A stretch of DNA of 64,000 nucleotides from Candidatus Poseidoniaceae archaeon (GTDB lineage: Archaea > Thermoplasmatota > Poseidoniia > Poseidoniales > Poseidoniaceae), in NCBI GenBank assembly GCA_949373075.1, contig CASIBX010000002.1, forward strand, positions 1,019-65,018. Reading direction: 5' to 3'. Each line of letters opens with the position of its first letter. Positions within the stretch are counted from its first letter, which is position 1. Positions 10,031 through 18,800 of this stretch are shown here, piece after piece. A model generated the notes under the pieces. That model searched no databases. It had not been told where the DNA came from and saw only the letters and a program-made list of their open reading frames with translations. The position numbers and the translations under genes were made by a program.

Positions 10031-10560
10031 GGTGGATCTGGGTGCCGGTAAAAGGTCCTAATTGGAGCCCAGAAGTTGCATACTATGATTGTAGATATGC
10101 GGTACTTCGCAAACCACTTGGTTTTCCCAGAGGGGCTGAAATACTTGCAGACGACGACCAAGCAATCCATGCTTGGGTTGAATCTGAAGGGAAGGTTGTA
10201 GCCGTTGGTAGAGCGCATTTAATTCCAGCCGATAGCGATGGTTCACAGGCTGACCATGCAGGCCCTGGTGCAGCAAAGTGCCCAGCTTTTGGGCCTTTGA
10301 CCGGTGAGGGCAATAGGCCAGCGATTCAAATTAGGCAGATGGGGACTCTTCCTTCACACCAAAGACAAGGAATGGCTGCTAAAGTGCTAAGTGACCTAGA
10401 AAAGTCATCGAATGAAATCCTTGGTGCCAATACTGGATTCTTGCAAGCCAGAGCACACGCAATACCATTCTATGAAAGCCAGGGTTGGGCCATAATTGAT
10501 GATGAATATGAGATTCCTGGAATTGGACCTCATCGTTCTATGATGAAGCATCTTGGCTAG
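10027..10560 (+). CDS. GNAT family N-acetyltransferase (YiiD/ElaA-like)
   Basis: RYAVLRKPLG, QIRQMGTLPSHQRQGMA, LQARAHAIPFYESQGW, GIGPHRSMMK. TTG start overlaps the upstream stop (TTGA). Confidence 0.88.
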   Translation: MRWIWVPVKGPNWSPEVAYYDCRYAVLRKPLGFPRGAEILADDDQAIHAWVESEGKVVAVGRAHLIPADSDGSQADHAGPGAAKCPAFGPLTGEGNRPAIQIRQMGTLPSHQRQGMAAKVLSDLEKSSNEILGANTGFLQARAHAIPFYESQGWAIIDDEYEIPGIGPHRSMMKHLG

Positions 10561-10611
10561 AATCATCGAATCGCGGTGTTCAAATAGGACAAGCATCGCT
10601 CGATATATTAG

Positions 10612-10630
10612 AGGGAACATTGGGTTCCCT
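10612..10630. promoter_or_regulatory. palindromic box 1, AGGGAAC-N5-GTTCCCT
   Basis: Perfect 7-bp inverted repeat just downstream of TATA-like GATATATTA (10602-10610); near copy 240 nt downstream. Confidence 0.5.
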
Positions 10631-10851
10631 ATGATTGACCCGTGAAAAACGATGAATACGGAGGAACTGGAACAAACTACTAGTGAGGGATTAAAAAGCA
10701 ACACTGCGGCACTATTCGCAGTGAGCATAGACTGTCTGAATGGCAGTTCTAAATCTCTCGCACCAGTTCACAAACCTAACACTTCTAGCGTTAGCTTCGT
10801 ATCACTCCCGAATAATGAAGCCCAGCCATGCTGCACTTCATCTTCGGAAAG

Positions 10852-10870
10852 AGAGAACAGCGGGTTCTCT
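10852..10870. promoter_or_regulatory. palindromic box 2, AGAGAAC-N5-GTTCTCT
   Basis: Perfect 7-bp inverted repeat about 18 nt upstream of the AGGAG RBS of the GQ gene; compensatory variant of box 1. Confidence 0.5.
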
Positions 10871-10897
10871 ATCTTTAGATAAAAAAATAGGAGATGA

Positions 10898-12631
10898 ATG
10901 AAAATGAATAAGAAAATTGTAAGCATGCTAGTGGCATTATTCCTCACAATTTCTGCACTTAGTGCAGTTAGTGGTGACGGATCCGACCCCCTCGACCCAT
11001 CTGACGGTGGCGCTGATTGGGACGGCGACGGTTTAACCAATGCAGAGGAACAAAACCACGGTACAAACATGAACAACGCCGACAGCGATGGTGACGGTTT
11101 ACCTGATGGATGGGAGGTCAACAACGGCCTTTCACCAACCAATGGCGGAGACGCTAATGGTGATCCAGATGGTGACGGTCTGACTAACGCCCAGGAGTAC
11201 GCAGCGGGTACCAACCCGAACAACGCCGACACGGATGGCGACGGTAAGAACGACAATGTCGATCAATACCCGACCGATCCTAACGACGGTGAGTTTAGCG
11301 ACTCTGACGGTGACGGCATCCCAGACGCATACGACCCTGATTACCAGGAGTCGAATGAAGGGTCTGGAGATGGTGGCACCGAGGGTGGTGGCGAGTCTGA
11401 AGATCAAGGTCAAGGCGAAGGCCAAGGCCAAGGTCAGGGACAAGGTCAAGGACAAGGTCAAGGACAGGGTCAAGGACAAGGTCAAGGACAGGGTCAAGGA
11501 CAAGGTCAAGGACAAGGTCAAGGACAAGGTCAAGGACAAGGTCAAGGACAAGGTCAAGGACAAGGTCAAGGACAAGGTCAAGGACAAGGTCAAGGACAAG
11601 GTCAAGGACAAGGTCAAGGACAGGGTCAAGGACAGGGTCAAGGACAAGGTCAAGGACAGGGTCAAGGACAAGGCCAAGGTCAGCAAGGTCAGCAAGGTCA
11701 GCAGGGTCAAGGCTCTCAGCAAGGACAACAGTCCGGTCAACAAGGTCAACAAGGTCAGTCCGGCCAGTCTGGACAACAAGGCCAAGGCCAACAAGGACAG
11801 CAGGGAGAACAAGGCCAGCAGCAGGATAACGGACAGGGACAGCAACAGCAAGGCGGCCAACAAGGCGGCCAGCAGGGCGACCAGTCCCAGCAAGACCAGG
11901 GAGGCCAAAATGGCCAAAATGGTCAGAACCAGCAGCAGCAAGGTCAAACCCAGAACGGTCAACAAGGCCAGCAGGGTCAACAAAACGACCAGCAGCAGGG
12001 CCAGCAACTTGACAACCAAGACCAGAACGGCGAAAACGACAACGATGGTGACGGAATCCCAGATGCTCTCGACAACGACGACGATAACGACGGAATTGTT
12101 GATGATCTAGATCAGAACCCTAACGACCACGACAACGACGGAATCGAAGATTCAGAAGATAATGATGACGATGGCGACGGAATCGATGACCGTGAAGAGA
12201 CTGAGGACGGCGACGACAACACCAACATCTACGACCACGACAACGACGGCATTAACGACGCAGTGGACCTTGATATCGACAATGACGGTATCGACAACCG
12301 CAACGACGTAGGCCCGAATGGCGAGGACTACACTCGTGACCACGACAACGATGGCATGAATGACGCAGATGATACCGATGATGACAATGATAACATCTTA
12401 GATGTGGATGAAGTTGATGGCGCTACTGGCGTCTACCGCTACGACCACGACAACGATGGAATTTGGGACAGCACAGACACCGACGATGATAACGACGGTT
12501 TGTCTGACTGGTTCGAAGTCAATGACGGTAACAGCCTAACTGGTCAATTTGACCACGACAATGATGGCAGTGAAGACCACGTAGACGACGATGACGACAA
12601 TGACGGCATCGAAGATATCTTCGAAGTTTGA
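10898..12631 (+). CDS. secreted protein: TSP3-like Ca-binding repeats, (Gly-Gln)44 and Q/G-rich spacer, C-terminal DHDNDG repeats
   Basis: Signal peptide (NKKIVSMLVALFLTISALSAVSG); DxDGDGL repeats; GQ tract; five DHDNDG units; AGGAG RBS; strong GAC/AAC codon bias; no C-terminal TM. Confidence 0.9.
   Translation: MKMNKKIVSMLVALFLTISALSAVSGDGSDPLDPSDGGADWDGDGLTNAEEQNHGTNMNNADSDGDGLPDGWEVNNGLSPTNGGDANGDPDGDGLTNAQEYAAGTNPNNADTDGDGKNDNVDQYPTDPNDGEFSDSDGDGIPDAYDPDYQESNEGSGDGGTEGGGESEDQGQGEGQGQGQGQGQGQGQGQGQGQGQGQGQGQGQGQGQGQGQGQGQGQGQGQGQGQGQGQGQGQGQGQGQGQGQGQGQGQGQGQGQGQGQGQQGQQGQQGQGSQQGQQSGQQGQQGQSGQSGQQGQGQQGQQGEQGQQQDNGQGQQQQGGQQGGQQGDQSQQDQGGQNGQNGQNQQQQGQTQNGQQGQQGQQNDQQQGQQLDNQDQNGENDNDGDGIPDALDNDDDNDGIVDDLDQNPNDHDNDGIEDSEDNDDDGDGIDDREETEDGDDNTNIYDHDNDGINDAVDLDIDNDGIDNRNDVGPNGEDYTRDHDNDGMNDADDTDDDNDNILDVDEVDGATGVYRYDHDNDGIWDSTDTDDDNDGLSDWFEVNDGNSLTGQFDHDNDGSEDHVDDDDDNDGIEDIFEV
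11432..11671 (+). repeat. coding minisatellite, 20 copies of 12-nt GGTCAAGGACAA (CAA/CAG variants) encoding GQGQ
   Basis: Read directly; lies within a 44-dipeptide GQ run at 11420-11683. Confidence 0.95.
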
Positions 12632-12695
12632 ACAGTTTGATTTGACGTAAATAGGCAGTCGTTTCATACCCGTTCGAACTTGTTCGGGTCAGCTG

Positions 12696-12757
12696 ATTCC
12701 ACTGGGAGTTCGCTCCCCGTGGAATCTCCACTTCTATCCTTTTCACATTCTTTTTTG
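12696..12757 (+). terminator. strong hairpin (TTCG loop) followed by pyrimidine/T-rich tract
   Basis: GATTCCAC-T-GGGAG-TTCG-CTCCC-C-GTGGAATC, then ..CCTTTTCACATTCTTTTTT, downstream of the GQ gene. Confidence 0.6.
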
Positions 12758-12847
12758 CAGATGATACGCTTAGGCTATCGTGATACTTACGTGCACATGC
12801 GCGTAGCGCGCTTGATATAGGCGGCGTCAGTCACGAGGTGATTCCGA

Positions 12848-15800
12848 GTGGTAACTATGCTCTCCAATAGACAATTCAAACAGAAAATCGAGAATCGGCG
12901 CAAGTCCACTGTATCAGTGGGAATTGTATTGCTGATGATAACAAGCACCTGGCTAGGGCTAATCGCTTCAGTCAGCCAAGGCTTTGAGCCCGAAACCAAG
13001 TTTGTAGATGTAGATCCGCTTTCAATGTCAGCTGCTCAGTCTACAGAACAGGGCGGTCAAGGCGAGTTACATGGAGGAATGCCGTCGCATTTCGGTCTAG
13101 AGATGCATGATGCACTTTGGGATCTGACATGGTCGGATTCTAGTGCCATGTACGGCCAAATCAGTGACACCTCTGTACTATCTTTGGACGCAGGGTATGG
13201 TCTGATGCTTGAGGAATCCAGCGCAGATGACCACGACAATGACGGAATCGATGATTTGACAGACTTGGATGATGACAATGACGGGATTTACGACTTACTA
13301 GAGCGCTTTGACGGTTGCTTTGGGACCGACCCGTATGACCACGACAACGACGGAATACAAGATAACGTGGACTGGGACGATGACAATGACGGAATTTTAG
13401 AAGGCCCAGTTGATTATGCCGCCCTTGAAGCCTTGGGACTCGACCCTAGAAATGTAACAATGCACCGCTATGTAGACGCTTCAACAATCCATCCGTTGAC
13501 CGGACAGCCAGTAGGGATATCCTACCGTGCAGACCAACTTCCATTCGACCACGACAACGATGGCGTGCCTGACGAAGACTCCGATGGGTCAGGTTCTGGC
13601 CGCTATGATGAGGACGACGATAACGACGCCCGAATCGACCAATTCCGTTGGCCTTGTGATTTCGATAACGACGGAGTACAGGATTATTTCGACAACGACG
13701 ATGATGATGACGGAGTTCAAGATTGGAACGACGCAAACCCATATGACGCAACCGAAACCGGAACTATGGACCTTAGCGGAAACATGTTCGATGCTAGTCA
13801 ACCATGGACCTTCAACCAATATAGATTGTATTCTGCTGGAATCAACTTTGTTGACTTAGAGGCGGCAAAAGTCGATGCTAATGACGAGTTCGACTTTGCT
13901 GGCGGGGAGAGTGGAGACGGAGCGGCAGGAATCCCTTCCTTCACCGATATTTTCGATGGCGACCTAGACGGTGACTTAATTCCTAACTTCTTAGACCCTG
14001 ATAACGACGACGACGGAACTCCAGATAGTTCTGATACCGATGACGATAACGATGGTCTACTAGACATGTATGACCCTGATGACGACAACGACGGAATCCC
14101 GGACGTCTGCACTAACATCGATATCAACGGCGATGGATTAAGCGATTACACCGGAGTCGATTCAAGCCCTTACCAAACTCCAGGAGCCGACACAGACGGA
14201 GTCCCAGGGATGGACTGCGAATTAGATTATGACGCAGATCTCGATGACGACAGGTTCAGGCCATTCGACCAGAACTACAACGCTATCTGGGATTGGCTAG
14301 ACCCTGACATGGGAGGGACAGCAACTCCCGACGATGCAGTACAGAGTCAATTCTCAGCTAGTGACTTCCCATACGATATCGACAACGACCAAATCGAAAA
14401 CGAGAACGACTCATTCCCTCTGGACATGAATTCCGAAGCATGGGTCGCAACCTGTACATCTCAATCTAATCCTAACCCTGCAAACCCCGACCCAAGGTGT
14501 ATGACTCAAAGAGCATCATTTGCTCAGTTCAATGACTGGGACGGCGATGGAGTCTCAAACTGGGATGACGTAGATGATGACGGTGACGGAATTATCGATT
14601 TAATCGATATTGACTGGGATTGTGATTTTGATAACGACGCTCTTCTTCACCAAATTAATGGTAGTAAATACAGAGACGATGGACCAAATGATGTCGACTC
14701 AGATATCGACGGTGACGGATTACCTAATGACATAGACTGGGATGACGATAACGACGGACTTACCGACTTGTACGACCCTGATGACGGAAACTGTGGCATA
14801 GTGGACTATGATGCAACCGATTCATTCGCAACACCATACTATCCTCTTGGCGACGGTGCTGACTTAGATGGCAGTGCAGACAACCAAGATTACACAACAA
14901 ACTACGATAATTATTGGAGCCTAGTTTGGAACGTAAATCCATTCGCAGATGTTGTACTAAATTACAACGGGTTCGACGCAACTACTCAGACCCCTGAGGG
15001 CGGAAATGTACCAGAATTCTATTGGTTCTTGTTCACACGTTGGTCTTCATACAATGGTGGAAATGAATGGGACGTCGATGCAGACGGAGACTCTCTGATC
15101 AATGGATTAGATACAGATCAAGACGCAGACGGACTACCAGATTGGTGGGATCAAGACGAAGGAAATGACGGATTGCTAGACGTAAACGACCTAAAGATGG
15201 GCGGTACAATGAATCTAACTCAATGTGGAATGACTGTTGGCCAACTGGGTTCAGGATGGACTTGTGGCTTTTCTTATGCACTCGCATATCACATGCCACT
15301 CACCGGAACGAATGCGCAATTTGGCTCACCATATTCCACACGCCCGGATTGGAATTTCAATCAGGGACCAGGGGGTAAGGCGCAGCAAGGAAATGACTGG
15401 ACCTGTACTCCAGATTATGTCGGTACCGCAACTACCGATCCAACCGGAGGTTGTTGGCACTATGACTTCGGCGGAGATGGCGATGTTGAGAGCGCAATTT
15501 CATATACACAAATTCAAGACAATCGTGATGCTTTCATCACATGGATGGGATTGGTAACTGGAGTGTGGCAATGGAACTTTGATGATACTGCGAATGCAAA
15601 TACCGTGGGATTCCCTGATGAATTAGGTGCAGATTTGGACCATAATTCAGAAGACGGAGACGTTGACGGCGACTTTACTAACAACACAGTAGATCTTGAT
15701 GAAGACTATGATGCAATCTATGATTGGAGCGATGTCGATGACGATAACGATGGTTTGTGGGATTTCTTTGAAATTGATACGAATGACGACCTCGATGACG

Positions 15801-18800
15801 ACGTTGACCAAGATTATGGTGGAGAATTCTTTACTGGATTGAATTGTGACGATGCGGATGATGACGGAAACGACCAGGATGTCGATGAAGACGGATGGTT
15901 CCAAGCAGTTTGGGATAAAGGAGTCATGAGTCAAGGACTCAAATCTCCTAAATTCTATGATGTCGACAATGACAACGACGGTGTTCCAGATTCTGAAGAC
16001 CCGGATGACGACAATAACGGAGTCCCAGACTCTGTGCAAGAATTGCAACCAGGGTGCTTCTCTGGCGAAGAGCAACATCCTTTCGACCACGATAACGATG
16101 GAATAGTCGATTGGGCTGATGATGACTTTGACGGTGATGGGATTTCCAACTTAGTCGAAGCAGCAATTTCAATCACTGCTCCTTTCGACCACGACAATGA
16201 CGGGTTGAGGGATGACCTCGACAAAGATGACGACGAAGACGGCATGCAAGATATCGACGAAGTATTGCTTTGGCCACTTAGATTCGATGCCGAATCTACT
16301 AACCCTTGGGATCACGATGATTTCGGAGGCGGCCTAGGAATTGCAAACCCGCTTGACCCTTCTACCGGCCCAGACGTAATCGACAATGACGACGATAACG
16401 ACTCACGCGAAGATAACAATTGGGACCATCTCGAAGAGAACTTCGTCTCAGACCCGTGTTATGCTGGCTCAGAATCAAGCGATTGGGACCATGATAACGA
16501 TTGTATATTGGATGCAAACGATAAGGCTCCAACATTCATAACTCTAGATATGCCTGATACTCTATGGCTCGATGCCCAGAGTCCTGCTATCTTCCGTGGG
16601 CATGTAGATTGGCTAAACCCAATCACCTCGCAATTCGAAGCAGCACCCGGACTACCAGTTCAGGTTCACATCGAATGGACAGGGAACAATACCACTGCTG
16701 TTGAAACAATCGATGTAATCACCAACATGTGGGGTAACTTCACTGTTGGCCAATTCCTCTACCCTGAGGATTTGGTAGTGGGAGACAATATGACATACAG
16801 AGTGTATGCCGAAGTAACTGAAATGTTTGCATTTAATGGCAATCAATCAGCCTCTTACTTCGTTGGCGCAGAAGCGAACATGACAGTGGACTATTCTTCA
16901 TGGACATATTTCAGAAGTGACGAACAGCCATTCTGGCTCGATTTCAAAGCTCACTATGCAGCAGATTGGTCTCGCGGATTATACGATAACCGAATCAAGA
17001 ACTCGCCAATCAGTTTCGAAATAACCGGTGGCTTATTCGGCAACAGAACCAACCCGTCTAACTTTTCTGGATTCAATAATGATGGATACAGAACAGATAT
17101 CGACGGGTGGGCATCACTCACCTTCGTACAAGACCTAGGTGCTAATGGTACTTGGAAGCAGGTGCGCTGGAATTCAATATTGGATAACGGAGTAGGGCAA
17201 ATATCAGGTGCATACGAAGAAATCTCTTGGAACGATTTATCGAAGACCCATGACGTAGTTCTCGATAGTAGTGGTATGCCTGTTCGCTATGACTACACCA
17301 ATACAAGTTTACCTGCGGGGGATATTGAAATCAAAGCATCAGTAATACCCGAGTTGGCAGATGAATGGCCATTCCCGCATTTACACGGAGATTCTTCAGA
17401 TCCGTTCTCAGTTCGTGTCATGCATCGCATGAATATTGAAGGGGAAATGATGGTCAGTGGATTATCTGCGGTTTACTTCTGGGACGGCACCATCAACAAC
17501 GGTGACGGAACCTTTGGAAATTGGGCCACACTATTCCATCAGCAAGCACTCAACGCTGCAGGAATTACTTTCGAGGAAGCCAAGGTCTTGAAACCCTATC
17601 CAAGTTTGTGGGATGGAATCCCTGAAAACTTACCTGGCGAGGCAATCAATCTCCGCAACTTCATCGATGTCAATGCAACTCATTGGATCATCTCTCTGGT
17701 GAACGGTGGCGATGGAGACTTACCTCCTTGTGGACAGGTTGACCCGACAGACCCATCAAGTCCAGTACGCTGTGAAATAGTTCCAGAAATGAACACCGGT
17801 GAAACATTCGGAGTCCGTGGAACTGTTACCAACCGTACTAACGATGCGTGGGATCAAGACCCGATCGCTTTACAGATTGATATTGACAATAACGGTCAAT
17901 TCATGGGTAGCCAAGAAACCGCATACACTCAGCGACCAGTAATGAAAGACGGCGAAGCAACGTTCGAATACAATTGGACATGGTATAGCCAGTATACTGC
18001 TGGTACATTTGGAGTCAGAGTGGACTTCACTAACAATGCGTATTACTTCACAGGTAACTCAACTAATCTAGCAGCAACTGGTGCTTACATTAACGTGTCA
18101 GTAGTTGGAACAACTCAGTTCCAAATGACTAGCGTTCCTAGATTATATCGCAACACAACTACTACTATTGAAGCAAGGTTGCTAGATAACTCATTACAAC
18201 CTCTTCGCCAAGCCCCAGTAACTTGGACTTGGTCCTATGATGGTAGAAGCGGCGTCAATTATACCGATGATTTAGGTACATTTTCGATTCCTTTCGACAT
18301 CAATCCAGAAGATTCACTCGGTAATTACTCCTTACAATTTGAATATGAAGGAGACCGTTCGATGAAGGGCAATATTGACAGCCAGAATGTTTGGGTTGTT
18401 TCAAGAACTTACCTAAATGTAATTTCTAGCGACTCTAATCTCAGACAATCTGGTGACCGTTGGGACTTCACTGCCCAAGTAACCGATGACAATAAGACAG
18501 CAACAGTCAGAGACTCAGGTGGTAGAGAGCTTAGTGGCTCAAGTACTCCTAATGGTGGATTAGTAGATGTCATCTATGAAGGACTTGATTTCGAAGGAGT
18601 CATGCACCGACAGGTGGTTGCAACCCTTGCACCAAATGCTGGTTTGATTTCCTTACCAGAACCTCAACCAGACGGTAGCCATCTGTGCTATTATGACGGT
18701 AATGGTGACGGATTACCTGACCGTGATTCTAATGGAAATGGGCAATTGGATGATTCTGAGGCAATAGGTTGTATGAAGGCAAACGTTGCTCCACTTTCAC

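Noticed and set aside
10405-10882. Small ORFs 10405-10728 (-) and 10652-10882 (+) in the GQ leader
   Set aside because: No recognisable motifs or RBS, and one overlaps the GNAT gene. Non-coding is more likely but not proven.
11432-11671. Tandem repeat as a possible CRISPR array
   Set aside because: Contiguous 12-nt units with no spacers, inside a CDS.
11132-12110. Long alternative-frame ORFs (poly-LSLT on minus, poly-KDKV on plus) over the GQ tract
   Set aside because: Shadows of the stop-free 12-nt repeat. Repeat variation is synonymous in the GQ frame, which also has the signal peptide and RBS.
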